Numbered from the stretch's first letter, positions 35,111-47,110 are shown. The stretch is DNA of 64,000 nucleotides from Pristiophorus japonicus (GCF_044704955.1 NC_091999.1:10974001-11038000), one strand, 5' to 3'. Program-made: numbers and translations. Notes: generated from the sequence alone by a model not told the origin.

Positions 35111-35949
35111 GTGGGCAGATGTATTCACTCTTGGTTTCAGTGTGAGGGCGAGTTTCAGACGGACAAAATCTCTCAGTCCCTTTATGTAATATTTAATATG
35201 AAAATTTTTCAATAATTATTAATGTCATGCTGCAAGTATTTTAATGATCAGCTCACCATTGTATCACTGATCCAACCGCTGCTTGCATTCTCCCATTCTG
35301 CTGAAACTTGTCAGTCATTCCCAATTTCATTCATATAACAGGTGGCGTTTGTATAATTTACCGTGTCTTTGTGTTCAAATGCCCCAGGACCCGCTGAATT
35401 TCTATAATAACCTTTACATCAGCAGTGGTTAGATCTAATGGTCAGTGAGCAGCTCCGGTACTGGGAGCCTCTACTGATACCTCTACAGCATTAACTGTTT
35501 CCCTTTACTTCCCCTACCTTAGAGATTGCACCTGTTTAGAGAATTGCGACCCCATTGCATCTGAAAACAGTGGACGATTTTCTACCCGAATCAAGGTGAA
35601 ATTTATGTTTTTATCTGATCAGTGACCAATACTTATCAGTTAAAGAAAGCAGCAAGTAGGTCACACAGATCGAACGCGGCTGGTCTGATTGTGTCCAAAA
35701 ATAGAAGCATGATATGACAAGAACACAATCTGTGACTCAGGGATGAGAGGATGCAGCTTGTCATAAGATCCTCAGGAATTGACTGACTGGTTGTTAATAG
35801 TTTTGGTACATTGCTGAGACCTAACGAATCCAATTTTGGAATAGTTTACATCCACTCTGTTGCTCATTCATTTCTAAATATTGACAACTGAACATACGTC
35901 AATATCCTCCCCAAGATATCAACCATTGTGTGCCCGTCCATGTTATTCT

Positions 35950-36360
35950 GGTATGTATGGCTGTGTGTGTTTTAGTGTGTGTCTATCTGTGTTTGTATGT
36001 TTGTGTGCATGTGTCTGAGTGTGTGTGTGTACGAATGTGGCTGTGTGTGTGAGTGTGTGTGGAAGTCTGTGTGACTGTATCAGCGAATGCTTGAATATGT
36101 GTGTGACAGAAAGTGTGCGTTTGTGTTTGAGTGTGTGCGAGTGTGTGAGTGTGTGAATGTGTGTGTATGTGTGCCTGAGTGTATTCGAATGTGTGTGTAT
36201 GTCTGTGTGTGAGTGTAGTTGTGTGTGTGAGTCTGTGTGTGTGAGTCTGTGTATGTGTGAGTGTGAGTATGCGTGTGTGTGTGTGACTCTGTGTGTGTGT
36301 ATGTGTTTGAGTTTGTGAGTTTGAGTATGTGTGTATGTCTATGGTGTCTGTGTGCGGGTG
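35950..36360. repeat. Degenerate (TG)n microsatellite
   Basis: Long GT/TG tract. Confidence 0.92.
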
Positions 36361-36643
36361 TCCATGGTCATGTGCTTGTTTCTAATGCTCTGTGTGAGGC
36401 TTGTATTGGACACAAGTGTGCGCTCTCTGCACTTATTAAAGAGATTTGCATCTCAAGCAAAGTACAACTAAATATACCTCAATAAGTTCCAAAGATATCA
36501 ATCATTATGTGTATTTTTGTTAAAGTTGGTGTGTGTATAACCTATCTTCTGAAGACTGCAACTATTAATGGGATGCGTTGACTGCAGGAATTTCTACACC
36601 TTATTTCACCTTAATGAGAGAGAGGTAGAGAAAGAATGAGAGG

Positions 36644-36840
36644 NNNNNNNNNNNNNNNNNNNNNNNNNNNNNNNNNNNNNNNNNNNNNNNNNNNNNNNNN
36701 NNNNNNNNNNNNNNNNNNNNNNNNNNNNNNNNNNNNNNNNNNNNNNNNNNNNNNNNNNNNNNNNNNNNNNNNNNNNNNNNNNNNNNNNNNNNNNNNNNNN
36801 NNNNNNNNNNNNNNNNNNNNNNNNNNNNNNNNNNNNNNNN
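36644..36840. other. Assembly gap (N run)
   Basis: Ns. Confidence 1.
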
Positions 36841-37048
36841 TTTGGAGAGATCATGCAGCAATCGGGCACAACTAACACTCATTGGTGCAAAGCTAAAGAC
36901 AGTTGTGAGAGATCAGCCAAACCTGTCCCTGGGACATGCCCCTCAGTTTCTCAATATGTGAAGCCTGCCCCTAATTTGGGTTTAATCTTTAATATCGCAT
37001 TTATTTAAAACATTCTGTTATTTTCTGTCATACTCTGATCCAGAGACG

Positions 37049-37523
37049 ATGTATTTCCTAAATTCTTTATTGATAATAATGGTCATGCTGTCCGGTGAGT
37101 CTATGTTTAAAAGGTCTGTGTGTCTTTCATGTTTTAAATTCACTCTCAGACTTTTGACGCATTCTGTATTTTGTAACAGGAATGAATGGCGAAAATTCAG
37201 TGTCACAGGATCCGGCAGAATTAAAGGCTAAGGAAGGAGAGACAATAATACTGCATTGTAGTTAATCCACATCGACAGCTTTCCCTACCTCTTCTGGTAT
37301 ATCCAGTATTCGGGAAAGCTTCGAGATATTTACTGAAGAGATATTACAAGGAGCAGGGGGGTCACTCTCTAGATCTACCAGACCGGATCTCTGCTTATTT
37401 CGACCAAGACAAGAAATCGATACCGTTAAATATCTCCGGGGCTCATGGCTCTGACTCTGACATCTATTATTGTGCGCTGCGCCCCACATTCTTACAGGGA
37501 TGCAATCAGCCCGTACTAAAAAG
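37049..37523 (+). pseudogene. TCR V pseudogene, family C, with 23-spacer RSS
   Basis: Leader MYFLNSLLIIMVMLS (37049-37094); exon from 37180 ENSVSQDPAELKAKEGETIILHCS*..LFWYIQY..YLLKRY..LPDRISAYFDQDKKSIPLNISGAHGSDSDIYYCALRP; one stop and two frameshifts; RSS CACATTC, 23 bp, ACTAAAAAG. Confidence 0.92.
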
Positions 37524-37867
37524 AGTAACATACTCTCATCTCCGGTCACTGACTCAGACCTGTGACCTGGATTGTGAAGTGATAATGGAACATAAACCAA
37601 AGTATAAAAACTAATTTGGCCTAATTACCAATTTCTCTGCTGTAGACTCTGTGAAATTATGTGCAATATCACTATGTATCAGCTGTTCTAATAGTCAGTG
37701 AGCAGCTCTTTTAAAGGGAGCCTCTGGCACTGACACCAGAACAACGTTAACTATAGCCATTCACTGCCTCCAACACTTATACTGTCGCTGTTCAAGGGCC
37801 AACATTGGGTTTAATCCACAGGCGGAAATCGTTTCAGTCCTTTCCCTGCTGCCCGCTCTGACGTTGT

Positions 37868-38080
37868 GAATTGCAGAACAAACAAGCTGTGAGCTGAATG
37901 GATGAATTGGAGGACAAAGCGCAGTGACAAGATTGGTTGACTTGGAGAACAAAGGGCTGTAAGGTCATTGGATGAATTGGAGTAAAAGGAACTGAAGTCT
38001 GATTGGCTGAAATGGCGAACAAGGTAACTGTGAACTGATTGGATGAATTGGAGTACACAGGACACGTGAGTTGATTGCAC
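37868..38080 (+). repeat. 35-36-bp CCAAT-containing tandem repeat (6 units) in a V promoter
   Basis: Units start at 37868, 37904, 37939, 37974, 38009 and 38045; consensus approximately gaattggagaacaaaggaactgtgagctgattggat. Confidence 0.85.
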
Positions 38081-38206
38081 ATCACATGCTTTTTCTGGCA
38101 AGAAGGATCCAATCAGCAGAGAGGCCGGATATTAATCAACATCTCCCCACGCTTGACGAAAAAAAATTTCAAGTTCAACCCATTCTATTGAAATCCGCCA
38201 TCAAAC

Positions 38207-39100
38207 ATGTTGGAAGTTACTTTTTATTTTTTCATCACAGCTGCAGCTCTTTCAACTGGTAAGTTCACAAGTTGCACAACACTGTTTTGCACACCTCTAA
38301 TGCTGCGGTCTTTGTCTCTTGTTGAATCAAATTAATCGGTCACTATCCTGAACACAATAATATCAACAGATTGATCTGAAGTGAAGACCATAAGGATGCA
38401 CCTTGACTCAACACTGAACACTGCGTGGGGAAACTCGCCAAAATCTCCCAGTGAATGAAAGCGGTTGAGTTCAGGTGAATGACAGACAGATTCGCCAGGC
38501 CTGCCGGTACTAATGACGGACATTGTCAGATACAGGGGTCTCAAATCCACAGACCGTTTGGAGTTTTCCTTCACCTCAGAGGTGAAGGTGAGGAACTGAT
38601 CCCGCTGAAGGTTCATTAATGGAAGTTTTATTCAGTCGTTCCAAGCACTTTCCCTTTGCAGCTGTGGGGAAATGTATTTCTATTAAACTGCCCAGAGTTA
38701 CTTCTCAGATAAATGTTGGGGGTGACCGGTTGATTCTGAGGGATAGACACAGTGAATTGATATTGTTTAATTTAATATCGCTCTGGGCTCTTGCAGGACA
38801 TTTTCGCGGGGACTCCGTTTCACAGACAGCAGCTGTAACCACAGTAAGTGAAGGAGACGATGTTCAGTTGCACTGTAATTATACAGCTACAAGAACTGGG
38901 TTTGATCTATTCTGGTATCGTCAGTTTCCCAGCGGATCCATAGAATATCTTTTGCGGAGAAGCAAATACAGCGAGGAAAAGGAGAGATTTCCTCGCGACC
39001 GTTTTTCAGCGAAGCTCAATGATTTGATCCGAACCATCCCACTGAATGTGTCTGAGACACAACTGACCGATTCCGTGGTCTATTACTGCGCACTGAAACC
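38207..39100 (+). CDS. TRAV/DV: Open TCR alpha/delta V gene segment (candidate leader 38207-38258, V exon 38797-39100)
   Basis: MLEVTFYFFITAAALST-G-HFRGDSVSQTAAVTTVSEGDDVQLHCNYTATRTGFDLFWYRQFPSGSIEYLLRRSKYSEEKERFPRDRFSAKLNDLIRTIPLNVSETQLTDSVVYYCALKP. The V exon is certain; the leader assignment is inferred from the in-frame phase-1 gtaagt donor. Confidence 0.88.
38340..38605 (-). pseudogene. Inverted V relic inside the leader intron
   Basis: Minus strand: acceptor ccttcag, ..GEGKLQTVCGFETPVSDNVRH*YRQA.. and ..YYCVQ at V-like spacing. Confidence 0.5.
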
Positions 39101-39139
39101 CACAGAGACACAGAGCTGGGCTGGACCTGAACAATAATG
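39101..39139 (+). other. Recombination signal sequence, 23-bp spacer
   Basis: CACAGAG, 23 bp, ACAATAATG. Confidence 0.8.
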
Positions 39140-39319
39140 CTTCGAGCATCGCTCAACATATCAGCGTGTCAGGGGAACACTGTGATCAGGGGAGTATCTG
39201 AGCTGATCCCTGTATTTATGGTCAGATATTCTACTGTTAATTCTCATACGTATTTACCTTTACTCATAGAAATATATCTTGCGGGCACATAAGTGAAAGG
39301 GAAGAAAGGAACCAAGAAG

Positions 39320-39720
39320 ACATTGCACTTATATAGCGTCTTTCACGAGCTCAGGACGTCAAAAAATATTTTACAATGATACCAATACGTTTTAGAAATG
39401 TCGTCACTGTTATAATGTAATAAACGCGGCAACCAATCTATGCAAAGCAAGATCACACAACGAGGAATGTTTTTATGATGGACTGTTATTAGTGAAATTG
39501 ATTGAGGGATAAATATTGGGCAGGACACGGCGGCGTACTGCTCTGCTGTTTTTCGAAATATTGGAATAGTTTACAAACACCTGAGAGAGCAGACGGAATT
39601 AAAATCTAATGCAAAAGACACCATCTCCAATAATTCAGCATTCCCTGACTACTGCACTGAAGTATAAGACCAGAATATGTGCTCAAGTCTCTGGACTGAC
39701 GTGTGAACGCTCAACAGCTG
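39320..39720 (-). mobile_element. Deu-domain (SacSINE1-like) SINE
   Basis: ttgcacttatatagcgtctttcacgagctcaggacgtc..gagggataaatattgggcaggacac..ctgagagagcagacgg..tactgcactg. A second copy lies at 60430-60740. Confidence 0.7.
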
Positions 39721-39987
39721 ACACCTAATCCTTACAGATTCGACATTGTTCTATTCACTCTCGCTCAAAATTACCTTTATTATATATATATATGCAGATC
39801 GATGAGTGCAATTATATTATAGAGGGAAACTGGCTGATGATTGACAAGCAGATGTAAAACGGCATGTATGGGCCTCGCTTTCCGTCAATGAGCAAGGGGA
39901 CCAGTTTGTATCAGGGTTACCTCAATTCAACTGCACACAGAAATGAATCACTGGATGGGGAAATGCAGGAGGACATTTAACTGTAAA

Positions 39988-42900
39988 CTCGGGGGAGTGT
40001 TTGCTAGTGCTGTTGGGGAGGAGTTAAACTAATATGTCGGGAGATGGGTACCAATGCAGGGAGACAGAGGGAAACAAAATGGAGACGGAAGCAAAAGACA
40101 GAAAGGAGATGAGTAAAAGTGGAGGGCAGAGAAACCCAAGGCAAAAAATAAAAAGGGCCACTGTACAGCAAATGTCTAAAGTATCACCGTGTCATAAAAC
40201 GGCAAGCCTCAAAGCTCGCTGCCTCAATGCGAGGAGTATTCGAAACCCAGGAGAGGGCTCTGAGCTAGTTAGAGTGGGTGAGAGCGTAGATGAACAGGAT
40301 CCAAGAAAGAATGCAAAAGGCAGGAGGCTACAGAGCACTGGGGTAAGTGTAAACCACAAGGTGATAGGAAGGGACAATATGTATGAATATAAAGGGGCTG
40401 CAGGAGTGGTCTAAACGAAAAATCCTGGTTTAAAAACGAGCATTGAAACACTCTAGCAAAACGCACGCAGCATTCGAAATAAATAAATGAGTAGACGGCA
40501 CAAATCATTACAAATGGGTATGATTTGGTGGCCATTACAGAAACGTGGTTGCAGGGTGGCCAAGACTGGGAATTAAACATACAGGGGTATCTTACAATTC
40601 GGAAGGATAGACAAGAAGGGAAAGGAGGTGGGGTAGCTTTGTTAATACACGATGATATCAGGGCAGTTGTGAGAGATGATATTGGCTCTAATGAACAAAA
40701 TGTTGAATCATTGTGGGTGGAGATTAGAGATATTAAGGGTAAAAAGTAACTGGTGGTCGTAGTTGATAGGCCCCAAATAATAATTTCACGGTGGGGTGGA
40801 AAATAATCAAGGGAATAATGGAGGCATGTGAAAAAGAAACGGCAGTATTCATGGGGGATTTTAACCGACCTATCGATTGGTCAAATCAAATCGCACGGGG
40901 TAGCCTGGAGGAAGAATTCTTAGAATGCACACGGGATTGTTTCTTAGAACAGTATGTTACAGAACCTACAAGGTAACAAGCTATCATAGATCTGGTTCTG
41001 TGTAATGAGACGGAATAATAAACGATCTCCTAGTAAAAGATCCTCTCGGAATGAGTAATCACAGAATGGTTGAATTTGTAATACAGATTGAGGGTGAGGA
41101 AGTAGTGACTCCAGCAAGCATACTATGCTTGAACAAAGGGTCGACAGTGGGATGATGGCAGAGTTAGCTAAAGTAGACTGGGAACACAGATTAAACGGTG
41201 GCACAATTGAGGAATAGTGGAGTACTTTTAAGGAGCTCTTTCATAGTGCTCAACAAAAATATATTTCAGTGAAAAAAAAGGGCGGTAAGAAAAGGGAAAA
41301 CCAGCCGTGGATAACCAAGGAAATAAAGCAGAGTATCTAATTAAAAACCAATGCGTATAAGGTGGCCAAGGTTAGTTGGAAACTAGAAGATTGGGAACAT
41401 TTTAAACGACAGCAAAGAATGACTAACAAAGCAATACAGAAAGGAAAGATAGGTTACGAAAGTAAACTTGCGCAAAACATAAAAACAGATAGTAAAAGCT
41501 TTTACAGATATCTAAAACGGAAGAGAATGACGAAAGTAAATGTTGGTCCCATCGAAGATGAGAAGGGGGATTTAATAATGGGAAATGTGGAAATGGCTGA
41601 GACCTTAACAATTATTTTGCTTCGGTCGACACAGCGGAAGACACAAAAACCATGCCAAAAATTGCTGGTCACGGGAATGTGGGAAAGGAGGACCTTGAAA
41701 CAATCACTATCACTGGGAGGTAGTGCTGGTCAGGCTAATGGGACTCAAGGTAGACACGTCCCCTGGTCCTGATGAAATGCATCCCAGGGTATTAAAAGAG
41801 ATGGCGGATGTTATAGCAGATGCATTCGTTATAATCTACCAAAATTCTCTGGACTCTGGGGAGATACCAGCGGATTGGAAAGCAGCTAATGTAACGCCTC
41901 TGTTTAAAAAAGGGGGCAGGCAAAAGGCACGTAACTATAGGCCGGTTAGTTTAACATCTGTAGTGGGGAAAATGCTTGAAGCTATCATTAAGGATGAAAT
42001 AGCGGGACATCTAGAAAGGAATAGTGCAATCAAGAAGACGCAACATGGGTTCATGAAGGGCAAATCATGTTTAACTAATTTACAGGAATTCTTTGAGGAT
42101 ATAAGGAGCATGGTGGTTAGAGGTGTACCGATGGATGTGGTGTATTTAGATTTCCAAAAGGCATTCGATAAGGTGCCACACAAAAGGTTACTGCAGAAGA
42201 TAAAGGCACGCGGAGTCAGAGGAAATGTATTAGCATTGATCGAGAATTGGCTGGCTAACAGAAAGCAGAGAGTCTGGATAAATGGGTCCTTTTCGGGCTG
42301 GAAATCGGTGGTTAGTGGTGTGCCACAGGGATCGGTGCTGGGACCATAACTGTTTACTATATACACCGATGACCTGGAAGAGGGGACAGAGTGTAGTGTA
42401 ACAAAATGTTCAGATGACACAAAGATTAGTGGGAAAGCGGGTTGTGTAGAGGGCAGAGAGAGGCTGCAGAGATATTTAAATAGGTTAAGCGAATGGGCGA
42501 AGTTTTGGCAGATGGAATACAATGTTGGAAAATGTGAGGTCATCCACCTTGGAAAAAAAACAGTAAACGCAATATTATTTGAATGGGGAGAAATTGCAAG
42601 ATGCTGCGGTGCAGATGGACCTGGGGATCCTGGTGCATGAATCCCAAAAAGTTAGTTTGCAGGTGCAGCAGGTAATCAGGAAGGCGAATGGAATGTTGGC
42701 CTTCATTGCGAGAGGGATGAAGTACAAAAGCAGGGAGGTCCTGCTGCAACTGTACAGGGTATTGGAGAGGCCGCATCTGGAGTACTGCGTGCAGTTTGGT
42801 CACCTTACTTCACAAAGGATATAATAGCCTTGGATGTGGTACAGAGACGATTCACTTGGCTGATTCCGGAGATGAGGGGGTTACCTTATGGTGATAGATT

Positions 42901-43352
42901 GAGCAGACTGGGTCTTTACTCGTTGGAGTTCAGAAGGATGATGGATGATCTTATAGAAACATTTAAAATAATGAAAGGGATAGACAGGATAGAGGCAGAG
43001 AGGTTATTTCCACTGGTCGGGAAGAGTAGAACTAGAGGGCACAGCCTCAAAGTACGGGGGAGCCAATTTAAAACCAAGTTGAGAAGGAATTTCTTCTCCC
43101 AGGGGGTTGTGAATTTGTGGAATTCGCTGCCCAAGGAAGCAGTTGAGGCGAGCTCATTGAATGTATTCAAATCACAGATAGATAGATTTTTAACCAATAA
43201 GGGAACTAAGGGTTATGGGGAGCGGGCGGATAAGTGGAGCTGAGTCCACTGCCAGATCAGCCATGATCTTTTTGAATGGTGGAGCAGGCTCGAGGGGCTA
43301 GATGGCCTACTCCTGTTGCTAAGTCTTATGTTCTTATGTTATGTTCTTTATG
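39988..43352 (+). mobile_element. Near full-length CR1 LINE (ORF1 C-terminus, ORF2 endonuclease and RT), disrupted
   Basis: LGGVFASAVGEELN* ORF1 end; VAITETWL and MGDFN (APE endonuclease); YRPVSLTS, HGFMKGKSCLTNL, GVPQGSVLGP (RT); (TTCTTATG)n tail. Confidence 0.95.
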
Positions 43353-43725
43353 TCATATGAGAATGAACCTATTGCTCTCGATCAGTCGTCACCCACCAGC
43401 ATTAAATAAACCAACACTGCAAAGTGATTGACTCAGACCTGGTGAAAATATTCCCACAATTAAGCATTGCTAAAGCTTTGCTCACACCAAAGACTGCACT
43501 CACTGAGCCACTGGCTCCACAGGCCAATATATTATGCTGTGACTGTCAGTATCTCTGATCATACCCGCTATCAACTGGAAATTATAGAGACAAGCATTGT
43601 GGTAACACTGCCTGCCGCAACCCGGCCCTCAGCTTTCGTTTGCTGCTCTCGTTCTGACCCGCTTTACCTGCGCCATGTTATTGAAGAGATTGCTGCAGCT
43701 GTTACGGAACTGTAAACAGGATGGA

Positions 43726-44191
43726 GGTTTTTGTGCAGTGACTGCCGCTGTTCCTCTCAGTATGTGTCCCTATCGCTCAATAATACGCAGCGGTATCCCC
43801 ACACTCCGAGTTCTGAAAGACCAATTGGTCATGTTTGTCCGCAGTGGAACGATCCAGTTAAAATCGGGTCCTGCTCACTTTGCCCTGCGATGCTCGCATT
43901 ATTACCCACTCGAGTCCCTGACGAGATTTCTGTTTGTACCAGTGCACGGAGTAAATGATGGACGTGTCATAGCTGTAGGTTATCTACACCAAATCTCCGC
44001 TCCGAACTGTTACCGCAGCCGGAGACTGCAGCACTCGGTCCGAGAAACATCGACCTGTAAAAACATTCAGTTAATATAAAACTGAGCAACGCGAACAGAA
44101 AGCCCTGCGGTTATTGAGCTCAGCTCCTGTACCTACATCTGAGCAGCAGCAGAATAACGAGCAATACATTAATTTGTACCGAGCAATACAT
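43726..44191 (-). pseudogene. V pseudogene with a GLEWV motif and 23-RSS
   Basis: Leader MYCSVQINVLLVILLLLR (44137-44191); exon 43765-44054 DRVLQSPAAVTVRSGDLV*ITYSYDTSIIYSVHWYKQKSRQGLEWVIMRASQGKVSRTRF*LDRSTADKHDQLVFQNSECGDTAAYY*AIG; RSS CATACTG, 23 bp, ACAAAAACC. Confidence 0.9.
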
Positions 44192-44518
44192 CCTTGTGAT
44201 TACAATGTCAAGAGGAAAGTGGCACAAAGCTCGCATCAGAAGACCCCGAACCCCATGACAACATTGAACAGATGGTGAATAAAGTCAGCGGCGCCCAGTT
44301 AAAGTCTCAATCACGTGGGTTTTCTCCTCTTCGATTGGCTGGAAATCGACTTTGTTCCACTACGGTTCACATCCGGACATGCCAGTGATCTCATGGCCAG
44401 GAAGATTATCTCCTTGTTGAGGGAAATGAAGTGAACCCCATCCCTTTGTGATAGTGACCCTCAGAAGTGACATTCCCGGCGTTGGGAACCAAGTCAATCT
44501 CTCGATAACCCTTTCCAA

Positions 44519-47110
44519 ATAGAAACACAGAAACATAGAACCATAGAAAATAGGTGCAGGAGTAGGCCATTCAGCCGTTTTAGCCTGCACCGCCATTCAA
44601 TGAGTTCATGGCTGAACATGCAACTTCGGTATCCCCTTCCTGCTTTCTCGCCATACCCCTTGATCCCCCGAGTAATAAGGACTTCATCCAACTCCTTTTT
44701 GAATATATTTAGTGAATTGGCCTCAACTACTTTCTGTGGTAGAGAATTCCACAGGTTCACCACTCTCTGGGTGAAGAACTTTCTCCTCATCTCGATCCTA
44801 AATGGCTTACCCCTTATCCTTAGACTGTGACCCCTGGTTCTGGACTTCCCCAACATTGGGAACATTCTTCCTGCATCTAACCTGTCTAAACCCGTCAGAA
44901 TGTTAAACGTTTCTATGAGGTCCCCTCTCATTCTTCTGAACTCCAGTGAATACAAGCCCAATTGATCCAGTCTTTCTTGATAGGTCAGTCCCACCATCCC
45001 GGGAATCAGTCTGGTGCATTTTCGCTGCACTCCCTCAATAGCAAGAATGTCCTTCCTCAAGTTGGGAGACCAAAACTGTACACAATACTCCAGGTGTGGC
45101 CTCACCAAGGCCCTGTACAACTGTAGCAACACCTCCCTGCCCCTGTACTCAAATCCCCTCGCTATGAAGGCCAACATGCCATTTGCTTTCTTAACCGCCT
45201 GCTGTACCTGCATGCCAACCTTCAATGACTGATGTACCATGAAACCCAGGTCTCGTTGCACCTCCCCTTTTCCTAATCTGTCACCATTCAGATAATAGTC
45301 TGTCTCTCTGTTTTTACCCCAACGTGGATAACCTCACATTTATCCACATTATACTTCATCTGCCATGCATTTGCCCACTCACCTAACCTATCCAAGTCAC
45401 TCTGCAGCCTCATAACATCCTCCTCGCAGCTCACACTTCCACCCAACTTAGTGTCATCCGCAAATTTGGAGATACTACATTTAATCCCCTCGTCTAAATC
45501 AATAATGTACAATGTAAACAGCTGGGGCCCCAGCACAGAACCTTGCGGTACCCCACTAGTCACTGCCTGCCATTCTGAAAAGTACCCATTTAATCCTACT
45601 CTTTGCTTCCTTTCTGACAACCAGTTCTCAATCCACATCACAACACTACCCCCAATCCCATGTGCTTTAAATTTGCACATTAATCTCTTGTGTGGGACCT
45701 TGTCGAAAGCCTTCTGAAAGTCCAAATATACCACATCAACTGGTTCTCCTTTGTCCACTTTACTGGAAACATCCTCAAAAAATTCCAGAAGATTTGTCAA
45801 GCATGATTTCTCTTTCACAAATTCATGCTGACTTAGACCTACCATGTCAATATTTTCCAAATGCGCTGCTATGACATCCTTAATAATTGATTCCATCATT
45901 TAACCCACTACTGAGGTCAGGCTGCCCGGTCTATAATTCCCTGTTTTCTCTCTCCCTCCTTTTTTAAAAAGTGTTGTTACATTGGCTACCCTCCACCCGA
46001 TAGGAACTGATCCAGAATCAATGGAATGCTGGAAAATGACTGTCAATGCATCCGCTAGTTCCAAGGCCACCTCCTTAAGTACTCTGGGATGCAGTCCATC
46101 AGGCTCTGGGGATTTATCGGCCTTCAATCCCATCAATTTCCCCAACACAATTTCCCGACGAATAAAGATTTCCCTCAGTTCCTCCTCCTTACTAGATCCT
46201 CTGACCTCTTTTATATCCGGAAGGTTGTTTGTGTCCTCCTTAGTGAATACCGAACCAAAGTACTTGTTCAATTGGTATGCCATTTCTTTGTTCCACGTTA
46301 AGACTTCCCCTCATTCTGACTGCAGGGGAACTACGTTTGTCTTTACTAAACTTTTTCTCTTTACATACCTATAGAAACTTTTCAATCCGCCTTAATGTTC
46401 CCTGCAAGCTTCTTCTCGTACTCCATTTTCCCTGCCCTAATCAAACCCTTTGTCCTCCTCTGCTGAGTTCTAAATTTCTCCCAGTCCCCGGTTCGCTGCT
46501 ATTTCTGGCCAATTTGTATGCCACTTCCTTGGCTTTAATACGATCCCTGATTTCCCTCGATAGCCACGGTTGAGCCACGTTCCCTTTTTTATTTTTACGC
46601 CAGACAGGAACGAAAAGTTGTTGTAGTTCATCATGCAGTCTCTAAATGTCTGCCATTGCCCATCCACAGTCAACCCCTTAAGTATCATTCGGCAATCTAT
46701 CCTAGCCAATTCATGCCTCATACATTCAAAGTTACCCTTCTTTAAGTTCTGGACCATGGTCTCTGAATTAACTGTTTCATTCTCCATCCTAATGCAGAAT
46801 TCCACCATATTATGGTCACTCTTCGCTAAGGGGCCTCGCACATTGAGATTTCTAATTAATCCTCTCTCATTACACAACACCCTGTCTAAGATGGCCTCCC
46901 CCTAGTTGGTTCCTCGACATATTGGTCTCGAAAACCATCCCTTATGCATTCCAGGAAATCCTCCTCCACCGTATTGCTTCCAGCTTGGCTAGCCCAATCT
47001 ATGTGCATATTCAAGTCACCCATTATAACTGCTGCACCTTTATTGCATGCACCCCTAATTTCCTGTTTGATGCCCTCCCCAACATCACTACTACTGTTTG
47101 AATCTGTACC
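44519..47110 (-). mobile_element. CR1 LINE ORF2, 5'-truncated
   Basis: ORFs 44494-45261, 45288-45899, 45900-46283 and 46470-46880 carry RT motifs (KFADDTKL, GVPQGSVLGP). Confidence 0.95.

Noticed and set aside
38797-39100. Possible NAR-TCR supporting V delta (leaderless V)
   Set aside because: No extra CDR1 Cys and no upstream NAR-type V-D-J cassette; an in-frame leader exists upstream.
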